From the NCBI GenBank assembly GCA_963718855.1, contig CAVRAA010000009.1, forward strand, positions 430,014 through 494,013: a stretch of DNA of 64,000 bases. Reading direction: 5' to 3'. This DNA comes from an uncultured Nitrospiraceae bacterium. Lineage in GTDB: Bacteria; Nitrospirota; Thermodesulfovibrionia; Thermodesulfovibrionales; SM23-35. Position 1 is the first letter of the stretch; the number at the start of each line of letters is the position of its first letter. The translations under genes and the position numbers were made by a program. Below, one piece after another: positions 51,723-61,800 of this stretch. Under the pieces are notes generated by a model. That model did not search any database. It had not been told where the DNA came from and was given only the letters and a program-made list of their open reading frames with translations.

Positions 51723-54700
51723 ATGAAAATAACTAAAATAGCATTGATTCTGTTCATTTTATTGGTAGGTTCAGCCCAAGGATTTGGAGCAAGTGTCTCA
51801 ATCTCCAACAGTGCTGCAGACGCAGGTGCAGCCGTCCAGATTCCCATTAACGGCAGTTTTGATTTTCCGCTGACATCGTGCCAGTTCACAATCACGTACA
51901 ATCCTTCCGTGCTGAATTGCACTGGTGCAGTATCAGGAGACTTAACAGGCGGTTGGACAGTTTCTACAAATGCATTGACAGGCGAGATGAGAGTGCTTGT
52001 GAACGATGGAACCGGAAATGGTATTGCTCCAGGAAGCGGTAATCTGGTTAAGCTCAATTGCACTGCTGCCAGCAATCCCGGGGCCTCCACCCCCGTAACA
52101 TTTAGCGGGGTAAATGTGTTAGTGGACATAGACATAAACGAATACATTCCTACAACAACGCCGGGAACCTTTACGATCAATGGCGGTTGCATCCCTACAA
52201 CCGAAGTATGCGATGGAGTAGACAATGACTGCGATGGCCAGATTGACGAGGGCGTAAAGAACACCTATTATCGCGATGTCGATAACGACACCTTCGGTAA
52301 CCCCAACGATACAACCCAGGCTTGCACCATTCCCCAGGGCTATGTCTCCAACAATACCGACTGCAATGACAGCAACCATGCAGTAAAGCCCGGTGCGACA
52401 GAAACCTGTAACAATATCGATGACAACTGTGATAGCACAATCGACAATGGCATCGCATCAACACCAACCACCTGTGGTGTAGGCTTTTGTGCCTCAACAG
52501 GCCAGTCGGCCTGCCAAGGAGGCCAGATGGTGGATACCTGCACTCCGGGGACTCCGCAGACAGAAGGACCCTTCGGCAACGCTACCTGCTCGGACTCATC
52601 AGACAACGACTGTGACGGTGCAACCGATGCGGCTGATTCAGGATGCATACAGCAGTGCGTGCCCTCGACCGAAGTATGCGACGGTGTGGACAATGACTGC
52701 GACCAGCAGACGGATGAAGGCATCGCTGCTGTGCCGACTACCTGCGGAATAGGCGCTTGTCAGAGGTTAGGACAGAGCACCTGCCAGTCCGGCGAGATGG
52801 TTGACAGTTGTACCCCGGGCACCTTGTCATCAGAAACCTGCAATGGTATTGACGACGATTGTGACGGAACAGTTGATGATGGGGTAAAAAACACCTATTA
52901 CCGCGACGCTGATAATGACACTTTTGGAAACCTCAATAATACAACACAGGCTTGCACTCTGCCCCAGGGCTATGTCTCCAACAATACCGACTGCAATGAC
53001 AGCAACCCTGCAGTAAAGCCCGGTGCGACAGAAACCTGTAACAATATCGATGACAATTGCGATGGCCAGACTGATAACGGGATCGCGTCAACACCGACCT
53101 CCTGTGGAACAGGCGCTTGTGCCTCAACCGGCCAGTCAATCTGCCAGGGTGGCCAGATAATCAATACCTGCACATCGGGTAACCCTCAGACTGAAGGGCC
53201 CTTTGGGAATGCCACCTGTTCGGACTCCTCGGATAACGACTGTGACGGCACAACTGATGCGGCTGATTCAGGATGTGTGGAGGTCTGCACTCCTTCCACC
53301 GAAGTCTGTGACGGTGTGGATAATGACTGTGATGATCAAGTAGATGAAGGGGTAAAAAACACTTATTACCGCGACGCTGATAATGACACCTTTGGAAACC
53401 CTAATGATACAACGCAGGCATGTACCCTTCCGCAGGGCTATGTTTCCAATAACACCGACTGCAATGACAGCAACCCTGCGGTAAAACCCGGTGCAATAGA
53501 AACCTGTGACAGCGTAGACAATAATTGCGATGGCCAGACAGACAACGGCATCGCTTCTGTACCGACCACCTGCGGCGTAGGCGCATGTGCTTCTGCAGGC
53601 CAGTCAATCTGCCAGGGTGGCCAGATGGTCGATACCTGCAAATCAGGGAACCCTCAGACTGAAGGGCCCTTTGGGAATGCGACCTGTTCGGACTCAACGG
53701 ATAACGACTGTGACGGCTCGACCGATGCATCTGATTCAGGGTGCGCTCAACAGTGTACTCCTTCTACTGAAGTATGTGATGGCGTAGACAACGACTGTGA
53801 CAGTCAGATTGATGAGGACATCGCTGCTGTGCCGACTACCTGCGGCGTAGGCGCTTGTGCTGCAAATGGCCAGAGCACCTGTCAGGCCGGACAAATGGTT
53901 AACAGTTGCATTCCGGGGACTCCTCAGGCCGAGGGTCCGTTCAGCAATGCTACCTGCTCGGATTCATCAGATAATGACTGTGATGGCTCAACTGACACTG
54001 CCGATTCAGGATGCGTTCAGCAGTGCACTCCTTCCACAGAGGTCTGCGATGGGGCAGATAACGACTGTGACGGTCAGATTGATGAAGACATCGCTGCTGT
54101 ACCGACCACCTGCGGCGTAGGCGCATGTGCTTCTACAGGCCAGTCAGTCTGCCAGGGTGGTCAGATGATCAATACCTGCACACCAAGTAACCCTCAGACT
54201 GAAGGGCCGTTTGGCAATCCGACCTGTGCAGACTCCTCGGATAACGACTGTGACGGCACAACCGATGCATCTGATTCAGGATGTGTTGAGGTCTGCACTC
54301 CTTCTACTGAAGTATGTGATGGCGTAGACAACGACTGTGACGGTCAGATTGATGAAGACATCGCTTCTGTACCGACGACCTGCGGCGCAGGCGCTTGTGC
54401 TTCTGCAGGCCAATCAATCTGCCAAGGGGGCCAGATGGTCAATACCTGCACCCCGGGTGACCCTCAGACTGAAGGTCCGTTTGGTAATCCGACCTGTTCG
54501 GACTTATCCGACAACGACTGCGATGGTGCAGTTGACACGGCTGATTCTGGATGTGTAGAGGTCTGCGCTCCTTCCACCGAAGTCTGTGACGGTCTGGATA
54601 ATGACTGTGATGGCCAAGTTGATGACGACATCGCTGCCGTACCGACCACCTGTGGAGTGGGCATCTGTGCTGCAAATGGCCAGAGCACCTGTCAGGCCGG

Positions 54701-56054
54701 ACAAATGGTTAACAGTTGCATTCCGGGGACTCCTCAGACCGAGGGTCCGTTCGGCAATCCGACCTGCTCGGATTCATCAGATAATGACTGTGATGGCTCA
54801 AGCGATGCATCTGATTCAGGATGCGGTCAGCAGTGCACTCCTTCCACAGAGATCTGCGATGGGATAGACAATGACTGTGACAGTCAGATTGATGAAGACA
54901 TCGCTGCCGCGCCGACTACCTGCGGCGTAGGCGCTTGTGCTTCTACAGGCCAATCAATCTGCCAGGGTGCCCAGATGGTCAATACCTGCACACCGGGTAA
55001 CCCTCAGACTGAAGGTCCGTTTGGTAATCCGACCTGTTCGGATTCATCAGATAATGACTGTGACGGCTCGACCGACGCATCTGATTCAGGATGCGTTCAG
55101 CAGTGCACTCCTTCCACAGAGGTTTGCGATGGGGTAGATAACAACTGTGACGGTCAGATTGACGAGGATATTGCTGTTGTGCCGACAACCTGTGGGGTAG
55201 GCGCTTGCACTGCAAATGGCCAGAGCACCTGTCAGGCCGGACAAATGGTTAACAGTTGCATTCCGGGCACTCCGTCACCGGAAATATGTAACACTATCGA
55301 TGACAATTGCGACGGCACGGTCGATAACGGCGTCGCATCGACTCCGACGACCTGCGGGATAGGCGCCTGTGCTTCTACCGGCCAGATGGTCTGCCAGTCC
55401 GGCCAAATGGTTGACACCTGCACTCCGGGCGCTCCCCAGACAGAAGGGCCGTTGGGCAACCCCACCTGCTCGGATTCCGCTGACAACGACTGCGACGGCT
55501 CAACCGATGCATCTGATTCCGGATGTTTGATTCAACCGGCTGATATGAGTCAATGGACCGGAAAATGGTTCAGCATCAAGGAACGGGGGTCTCAGACTGC
55601 CGGTCGGTCGGGTCAGCAGGGGATTACCTTTAGTGTGCCTGACGCCAAGTTCGGGAAAGAGAAAAACAGCGGGAGCGGAAATGGATATATGCACATCTGG
55701 AACTGGGACCCCGGCACCAGGGCACTGCATTTCGATTACTATACCTTTATCGAAGATAAAGGCACATGGGATACCTACACCGATACTCTACAGTTTTTTG
55801 CAGGAACGGATATGAAATTTTTGTTCCTTTACCATAGATCCCATAACAATCAGGTAACCGCTTTTAACGGGGAGATTGAAGGTAAGATAAAAAAGGGAGC
55901 GTTACAAGGCGCAACTCTTAAAACATTCGGCGGATATTACTTGGATATCAGTGACGACGAAACCTCTTACTCCGCTGGGAACGAAGCCATGACCGGAAAA
56001 ATGATTGATGCATCGAAGGTGCCGGTGCCGTTCAATGTAATAATACCGCGCTAA
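51723..56054 (+). CDS. giant secreted protein: N-terminal cohesin-like module, about 1,100 aa of MopE-type / DNDCDG Cys-rich repeats, conserved C-terminal domain
   Basis: Start moved to MKITKIALILF, after GGAGGGA. Contains YYRD.DNDTFGN...DCNDSNPAVKPGA.E.C units and six consecutive 90-aa units. The C-terminus is shared with 50185-51673 (ends VPVPFNVIIPR). Confidence 0.7.
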   Translation: MKITKIALILFILLVGSAQGFGASVSISNSAADAGAAVQIPINGSFDFPLTSCQFTITYNPSVLNCTGAVSGDLTGGWTVSTNALTGEMRVLVNDGTGNGIAPGSGNLVKLNCTAASNPGASTPVTFSGVNVLVDIDINEYIPTTTPGTFTINGGCIPTTEVCDGVDNDCDGQIDEGVKNTYYRDVDNDTFGNPNDTTQACTIPQGYVSNNTDCNDSNHAVKPGATETCNNIDDNCDSTIDNGIASTPTTCGVGFCASTGQSACQGGQMVDTCTPGTPQTEGPFGNATCSDSSDNDCDGATDAADSGCIQQCVPSTEVCDGVDNDCDQQTDEGIAAVPTTCGIGACQRLGQSTCQSGEMVDSCTPGTLSSETCNGIDDDCDGTVDDGVKNTYYRDADNDTFGNLNNTTQACTLPQGYVSNNTDCNDSNPAVKPGATETCNNIDDNCDGQTDNGIASTPTSCGTGACASTGQSICQGGQIINTCTSGNPQTEGPFGNATCSDSSDNDCDGTTDAADSGCVEVCTPSTEVCDGVDNDCDDQVDEGVKNTYYRDADNDTFGNPNDTTQACTLPQGYVSNNTDCNDSNPAVKPGAIETCDSVDNNCDGQTDNGIASVPTTCGVGACASAGQSICQGGQMVDTCKSGNPQTEGPFGNATCSDSTDNDCDGSTDASDSGCAQQCTPSTEVCDGVDNDCDSQIDEDIAAVPTTCGVGACAANGQSTCQAGQMVNSCIPGTPQAEGPFSNATCSDSSDNDCDGSTDTADSGCVQQCTPSTEVCDGADNDCDGQIDEDIAAVPTTCGVGACASTGQSVCQGGQMINTCTPSNPQTEGPFGNPTCADSSDNDCDGTTDASDSGCVEVCTPSTEVCDGVDNDCDGQIDEDIASVPTTCGAGACASAGQSICQGGQMVNTCTPGDPQTEGPFGNPTCSDLSDNDCDGAVDTADSGCVEVCAPSTEVCDGLDNDCDGQVDDDIAAVPTTCGVGICAANGQSTCQAGQMVNSCIPGTPQTEGPFGNPTCSDSSDNDCDGSSDASDSGCGQQCTPSTEICDGIDNDCDSQIDEDIAAAPTTCGVGACASTGQSICQGAQMVNTCTPGNPQTEGPFGNPTCSDSSDNDCDGSTDASDSGCVQQCTPSTEVCDGVDNNCDGQIDEDIAVVPTTCGVGACTANGQSTCQAGQMVNSCIPGTPSPEICNTIDDNCDGTVDNGVASTPTTCGIGACASTGQMVCQSGQMVDTCTPGAPQTEGPLGNPTCSDSADNDCDGSTDASDSGCLIQPADMSQWTGKWFSIKERGSQTAGRSGQQGITFSVPDAKFGKEKNSGSGNGYMHIWNWDPGTRALHFDYYTFIEDKGTWDTYTDTLQFFAGTDMKFLFLYHRSHNNQVTAFNGEIEGKIKKGALQGATLKTFGGYYLDISDDETSYSAGNEAMTGKMIDASKVPVPFNVIIPR
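53750..55370 (+). repeat. six consecutive ~270-bp (90-aa) coding tandem repeats inside the giant gene
   Basis: The 50-mer ggccagagcacctgtcaggccggacaaatggttaacagttgcattccggg recurs starting at 53868, 54678 and 55218. The offsets of 810 and 540 are multiples of 270. Confidence 0.7.
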
Positions 56055-56066
56055 ACGATGATGATA

Positions 56067-56109
56067 AAGAAGCGGCAGGCCCCGGCAACGGCACGCCGCT
56101 TCTTTTTTT
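56067..56109. terminator. rho-independent terminator between the convergent giant gene and arsC-like gene
   Basis: 10-bp stem aagaagcggc/gccgcttctt, an 18-nt loop, then a T-run on the plus strand. Confidence 0.7.
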
Positions 56110-56192
56110 GCTTTTGCACAATACTTAAAGAAACGTGCAATACAAAACATCCCCGAATAATGACAATGTGAAGGTAGGTATTTGCCGGGGCA

Positions 56193-56627
56193 TTAAGAAG
56201 ACTGCTTGATAAATTCCTGCACCATGGATTTGATATTCTCTCGGATAACACGCGTCTTCGCCATTTTTTCCTCATGGCTTCCGACAAACGATGAAGGATC
56301 TTCAAATGACCAGTGGAGTCTCTTCGTTACACCCGGGAAAACCGGACATCGTTGAGCAGTTGCCTCATCACAGACACTGATTACATAGTGGTACAATTTA
56401 CCGGCCTTCACCAAATCAAACACCGTGCTCGCCTGCTTGGCTGAGATATCAATCCCTTCTTCTTTCATGGCTTCAACCGCAAGGGGATTTAATTCTCTTG
56501 CCTCAAATCCTGCACTTTCCGCCTCGAAGCGGTCTTCTCCGTAGTAATTGAGGAACGCTTCAGCCATCTGACTTCTTGCTGAATTATGAACACACACGAA
56601 TAATACCTTAATTGTATTTTCCCCCAT
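56193..56627 (-). CDS. arsC: arsenate reductase / LMW-PTP family, paralogue of 11104-11538
   Basis: [25 protein letters not shown]... is collinear with the first copy over all 144 aa. Confidence 0.85.
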   Translation of the reverse strand: MGENTIKVLFVCVHNSARSQMAEAFLNYYGEDRFEAESAGFEARELNPLAVEAMKEEGIDISAKQASTVFDLVKAGKLYHYVISVCDEATAQRCPVFPGVTKRLHWSFEDPSSFVGSHEEKMAKTRVIRENIKSMVQEFIKQSS

Positions 56628-56633
56628 TCTTCA

Positions 56634-56666
56634 AGAATACCAGAGAAATGTTACAGGAATATTACA
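56634..56666 (-). promoter_or_regulatory. Pho-box-like operator + -10 on the minus strand (TGTAATattccTGTAAC, 10 nt, TATTCT)
   Basis: Reverse complements of attaca (56661-56666) and gttaca (56650-56655). -10 at 56639-56634. ATG at 56627 (6 nt later, no SD). Confidence 0.6.
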
Positions 56667-56728
56667 TGCCCAACGACTAAGGCCCGTAGAATAGTACCGG
56701 CAGGGTGCCTTTCAGTTCAGGCAGCGCT

Positions 56729-57277
56729 TCACACTTTCGACAGCAGCTTAATCGCTGCGCCGATCAGCGCCGCCTGCTCTTTACTGATCTCTCCGATCTG
56801 CCCGCGCCTCTCCGTCATTCGCCGAAACCGGGTAAAATCTGTGGGCAAGTCCTCGCTATCTACCAAAAACGCGATCCTTTGGATAATTCTCCTTATGTGC
56901 TCCGGAGACTTTACTCTTCCTTTCGACTTGGCAAAATAGAGCACCTTCATCTTCCCGCGTATCCTGTCATAATCCACGTCTGTTACCCGATGGACCGCGA
57001 GGACGATGTAGTCGCCCAGCGCCTGCCAGAAGACTTCATCATATCCCTGCCATTTCGGCAGAAAGAAGCGAAGTAATGCCGGGTTTGTCTTCCCGTTTTG
57101 CGGGAGGCTTTTATAAAGCAACACCGGAAATTTCCCGACCGTCGTTTCGTCTATCTGTTCGAGCATATCGAACAAGTTACGCCTCTGCTGCTTGCGCAAT
57201 AGTTTGTCTATTTGCTCTAATGTGCTGCCCTGTCCGGGGATCATACCAACTTTGTCGATTGCATTCAGAATATCCAT
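56729..57277 (-). CDS. hypothetical protein (182 aa from the MDILNAIDK start)
   Basis: An ORF of ordinary composition, with GAAGGGG upstream of the internal ATG. I recognise no motif. Confidence 0.4.
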   Translation of the reverse strand: MDILNAIDKVGMIPGQGSTLEQIDKLLRKQQRRNLFDMLEQIDETTVGKFPVLLYKSLPQNGKTNPALLRFFLPKWQGYDEVFWQALGDYIVLAVHRVTDVDYDRIRGKMKVLYFAKSKGRVKSPEHIRRIIQRIAFLVDSEDLPTDFTRFRRMTERRGQIGEISKEQAALIGAAIKLLSKV

Positions 57278-57393
57278 ATTCGTGCCCCTTCTATTCTCTG
57301 TTCGTATTCGTTCATCCGCAGATATGTATTTTGGCAGCCACCTTGGACTGCGTTCCCGCAGTCTCGGAGCAGCATGCATTTTCAGTGGGCAAC

Positions 57394-57639
57394 CTATGTA
57401 TCTTTGAATTCATTTTCCGCTGAATGGACATTACATTGTTCCTTCATCCTCTTGATTACGAGGACAGACAGGAAATCCTTTATACGTGCATGTTCCTTTA
57501 AGGACATCAGTTCATTTTCATACAGCTGTCTGAGGAAATCCTCACGCATGCCGAGGTCTGTTGCAAGATAATGAATTGCTGACAGGTGCTGTCGTCTTTC
57601 GAATTCTGTGTCATATAAGATTGTTGTTGTCACTATCAT
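57394..57639 (-). CDS. hypothetical small protein (81 aa)
   Basis: An ORF immediately downstream of metK on the same strand. No motif recognised. Confidence 0.35.
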   Translation of the reverse strand: MIVTTTILYDTEFERRQHLSAIHYLATDLGMREDFLRQLYENELMSLKEHARIKDFLSVLVIKRMKEQCNVHSAENEFKDT

Positions 57640-57659
57640 TCCCCCATACGCATGAAATA

Positions 57660-58871
57660 TTACCGTTCGGTCCGGGCTGCAGCGTCCTGCAGAAGCGAAA
57701 CTTTATCGGTTATCTCCCAAGGGAGGCCGATATCCATGCGTCCCACATGTCCATATGAGGCAAGTTTTCTATAAAAGCCGCCTTTGATTGTTGAGGGCAG
57801 ATACCTCAAATTAAACTGCCTTACTATTGCGGCAATGCGGAAGTCAAAAGTCCATTCGACCAGCAATGCAATTTCTTCATCAGAGATTTTCCCGGTACCA
57901 AAGGTCTCTACCTGAATACTCACAGGGCCCGCGATGCCAATGGAATAGCTGAGCTGGATTTCACACTCATCGGCGATGCCGGCAGCGACAATATTCTTTG
58001 CTGCATACCGGGCAGCATATGCCCCAACCCTGTCAATACGCAAGGGGTCTTTTCCGCTCAGGGCCGCGCCGCTATGCCTTGAATACTCGCCGTAGGTATC
58101 GATTGCGTTTTTTCTGCCGGTCAGGCCTGAATGCACGGAAGGCCCTCCGGTAATGAAGGGACCATCAGGGTTCACAAATATCCTGCTTTTCTCATCAGGG
58201 GTTATCGCCTCGTCGCGGAAGACCGGGCGAATAACGTACTCCATAATATCGTCCCGGAGTCTTTTCAGTCCGGGCTCTGCAGAGTCATTCTGGCTGGCTA
58301 TAACAGTAATGGTGTGGATCCTGAATGGCCTTCGGTTCCTGAATTCGATCCCAACCTGGGTTTTTCCGTCAGGGGCGATGTAAGGCAAAATCTTCTGGAG
58401 TCTCACAGAAGTAAGTCTTCTGGCAATTTTATGCGCAAGCCAGATCGGCAACGGCATAAAGGCAGACGTCTGGTTGCAGGCAAAGCCAAATGCCGTAACC
58501 TGGTTCTTAACCGGTATACGCCCGATTTCCTCATCAGTAAGATTCTTTTCATCAAACGTGCGGTACTCCTCTGAAGGCAGTTCCTTAAGGCTGGTTACAA
58601 TGCTGCAGGTCTTGCCGCTGAAAGAGCTGCTGTCATAGCCTATTTGGCTGATCACTTTTCTTGCAACAGCGGGGAAATCTATGGTTGCGTCAGATGCGAA
58701 CCGTGCTGCTATAAAAATAATAGCGGTTGCGACCGCGCACTCCGCGATTACCCGGGAAAAAGGGTCATGTTCAAGAAACTGGTCTACAATGCCGTCACTG
58801 ATCTGATCGCAGAGTTTATCAGGATGTCCTTCTGTTACAGATTCGGATGTGAACATGAAATCTTTTTTCAT
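57660..58871 (-). CDS. metK: S-adenosylmethionine synthetase (methionine adenosyltransferase)
   Basis: FTSESVTEGHPDKLCDQISD, GDQG-region equivalents, GGPSVHSGLTGRK and GGAALSGKDP. The start overlaps the ATPase stop by 4 nt. Confidence 0.85.
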   Translation of the reverse strand: MKKDFMFTSESVTEGHPDKLCDQISDGIVDQFLEHDPFSRVIAECAVATAIIFIAARFASDATIDFPAVARKVISQIGYDSSSFSGKTCSIVTSLKELPSEEYRTFDEKNLTDEEIGRIPVKNQVTAFGFACNQTSAFMPLPIWLAHKIARRLTSVRLQKILPYIAPDGKTQVGIEFRNRRPFRIHTITVIASQNDSAEPGLKRLRDDIMEYVIRPVFRDEAITPDEKSRIFVNPDGPFITGGPSVHSGLTGRKNAIDTYGEYSRHSGAALSGKDPLRIDRVGAYAARYAAKNIVAAGIADECEIQLSYSIGIAGPVSIQVETFGTGKISDEEIALLVEWTFDFRIAAIVRQFNLRYLPSTIKGGFYRKLASYGHVGRMDIGLPWEITDKVSLLQDAAARTER

Positions 58872-61800
58872 TGGTTGCTCCTCATCGGAAGAAATTCTGC
58901 CTGTATATCATGCATTGCGGGGGCCCGCTCGCTGCTTTTTGTTGCTTCGTTTATCATAAGAGGAAGAAAAGCGCTTACTCCAATCACCAAACCGTCGATG
59001 AGACCTATGGGCGTAAGACCGAGAAGGCTTCTGAGCCCGGGGAAAGTCATCGCCGCTATCTGCAGGGCAAACGAACCCCCGAGCGCCCAATTCAGGTATG
59101 TATTCGAAGGCAATTTCTCTTTGCCAAATATCACCGCTCTATCAGCACGGCAGCTGATCGCGTGGAGGAGCTGCCCCACGGTGAGACTCGAAAAGGCAAG
59201 GGTCCCTGCCTGCGGACCAATGCCATACCGCGCTATCCCATAGCCGTATGCGCTGAGGCTCCCGGCGCTGATTACTGCCGACTCAAAGGCTATCCGCTTA
59301 AAATCCGCCGTCTGCATGATCGCTTCGTTGGGATCACGGGGCGGCCTGCTTAATACATCGGGCTCCGGCGGTTCAAGCGCAAGGGCAAGTCCCGGGAAGA
59401 TATCGGATAACAGGTTGATCCAGAGCAGCTGCATGGTATTCAGCGGCTGGCCGAGTCCAAGGGTAATGGCGGCAAACATGACCATGATTTCGCTCATGTT
59501 TGTAGCGAGTAGAAAATGCACTGATTTGCGGATATTGTTGTAAATTGTCCTTCCATGGCTGACTGCGATAATCATCGTCTGGAGATTATCATCTTCCAGA
59601 ATTACATCCGCAACCTCGCGGGCAACATCCGTGCCGGTATGCCCCATGGCGATGCCAATATCAGCGGCTTTCAATGCAGGACCGTCGTTGATGCCGTCAC
59701 CTGTCATCGCCACGATCTTTCCAGCGCTCTGCAGTGACTGTACTATCTGCAACTTGTGGGAAGGACTGACCCGTGCAAAGACGTGCGCCCTCTCGCAAAG
59801 GGCCTTGAGTATCTCCGGGGGGATATCGGCAAGATGCCGCGAGTCCAGTATTTCCAGCTGCTCACCTTTGCTCAAATTCAGTTCTCTTGCTATTGCATAG
59901 GCTGTCGGACTCTGATCTCCGGTGATCATAATCGTGTCTATGCCCGCATGATGGAAATCGCCAATCAGCTTCTTTACCCCTTTCCTGACAGGGTCTGCCA
60001 GGCCGACAATACCAAGCCATGTGAGTCCAGAGAAAAACATCTCTTCTCCGTTTTCAGGCGTAGTGTTCTCCCTGTGAGCATAGGCCAGGCCCAGCACCCG
60101 GAACGCCTTCCCTGCCATATGTTCATTTTCCAGTTCAAAAAAGAGCTTGTCCTCCTCCGACAAAGGGATCCGATCGCCGTCTTTCATATACCAGTCGCAG
60201 AGAGCAAGCACCTCCCTCGGGCTCCCTTTGACAGCGATAATTTTCCGGTTCCTAAAGTCTTCGATTATAGGTTCCTCCCCAGCGCTGTCTGCAACCGCTG
60301 ACGCATATTCATGAAGCGACATTTCTTGTATGCTGTGGGAAGTCAGCATGACATTCCTGTTTTCAGAGCGGTGGACGACCTTTAATAATGGAGCGTTTTT
60401 TCGCACCTGTCCAATATCTACCCCGGCTTCTATCGCCATGTGCATGAAAGCGTTTTCTGTCGGGCTGCCGGTAATGACATAGTCCCCGTTCTGATGAATT
60501 ATTTCACTCTCATTGCAGAGGACAGATACATGGATAAGCATCAGGAGTTCATTACAGGCATACGGGCTGACACCTGTATGATCAGAAATGAATTTCCCGT
60601 CAGAAACCTGGAAGAGTTTCGTGCCAATGAAGATCTCCCGCACGGACATCCTGTTCATCGTCAACGTTCCTGTCTTGTCCAGGCATATTGTCTGAACAGA
60701 TCCGAGGGTCTCGACAGCTTCGAGATGACGTATCAGGACATTGTGCCTCCGCATGTTTCTGATGCCGAGAGCGAGTGTTGTGGTCGCGACTGCGGGAAGA
60801 CCTTCGGGAACTGCTGCGACAGCAAGGGCTATGGACGTCTTCAGCATCTCCAGAAATCCATATCCGTAGAGAATTCCAATACAGAAAACAACCCCGCAGA
60901 CAACCCCGCTGATGAGGACAAGCTGGCCGCCCATCTGGTCAAGTTTTCTTTCCATCGGAGTCTCAGGAGGTTTTGCCTTTCCGAGGATCGTCTGTATATT
61001 GCCCATTTCCGTAAATCTGCCTGTGGCCACCACAACAGCAACTCCCTGCCCTCCTGTGACAAGCGTCCCCATAAAAACCATATTTGTTTTTTCTGCCAAT
61101 GGAACATGGTCCTGCAAAATCGGTGGTATGGTTTTTTTGACCGGCATGCTTTCACCTGTCAGGGCCGATTCATCAACGCTCAGGTGTTCAGCCTCCAGGA
61201 GTCTCGCATCGGCAGCTACATAGGTCCCGGGTCTGAGGATAAGGAGGTCGCCGGGGACGATATCCCCTGAGCTCACAGCATGTACTTTCCCTTCCCTGAG
61301 GACCAAAGCAGAAGGTCTTACAAGGGTTTTTAATGAATGGATGGTCTTTTCCGTCCCGCTTTCAGAGGCATAACCAATGAAGGCATTAACCCCTATGACA
61401 GCTACAATCACGAGTGCATCGGCAAGCCCTCCGGTAGCAAGGGAAATGACAGCTGCAACACCGAGAAGACCTACAGGGATGGACTTCAGCTGGCTGATAA
61501 AAATACTGAACCCGGAACGCGGGACTGATTCAGGAAGAATATTGGGTCCATAGTGTTTCAGGTTTTCCCTCGCGACTCCGGCTGACAACCCTGTCTCTTT
61601 GTCGGTGCAAAGGACCTCCATGACAGAGGCGGGATTCATCTGGTGCCATTGTGCGACTCTTTGCGGTGCAGCCTTAATGATACTTTGCCGGAATTTTCTT
61701 CTCGACTGCTTTGCAGCGGAAAACCCCTTGACGCCTTTTCGTTGAGAGGCGCCAGTGTGCACCTTAAGCCTCTCCGGCTGGAAAGGCACGTGCGGTTTTT

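Noticed and set aside
53750-55370. Possible CRISPR array or satellite, because of regularly spaced identical 50-mers.
   Set aside because: The units are contiguous 270-bp coding repeats in one long open frame (90-aa protein modules). There are no unique spacers and no cas genes in the window.
52119-55486. Many minus-strand ORFs of 60-130 aa inside the giant gene.
   Set aside because: This is the same antisense-shadow effect. They are periodic with the 270-bp coding repeat and have no starts with an RBS.
56705-57076. 123-aa plus-strand ORF.
   Set aside because: It is antisense to the better-supported minus-strand ORF 56729-57277 and lacks an RBS.
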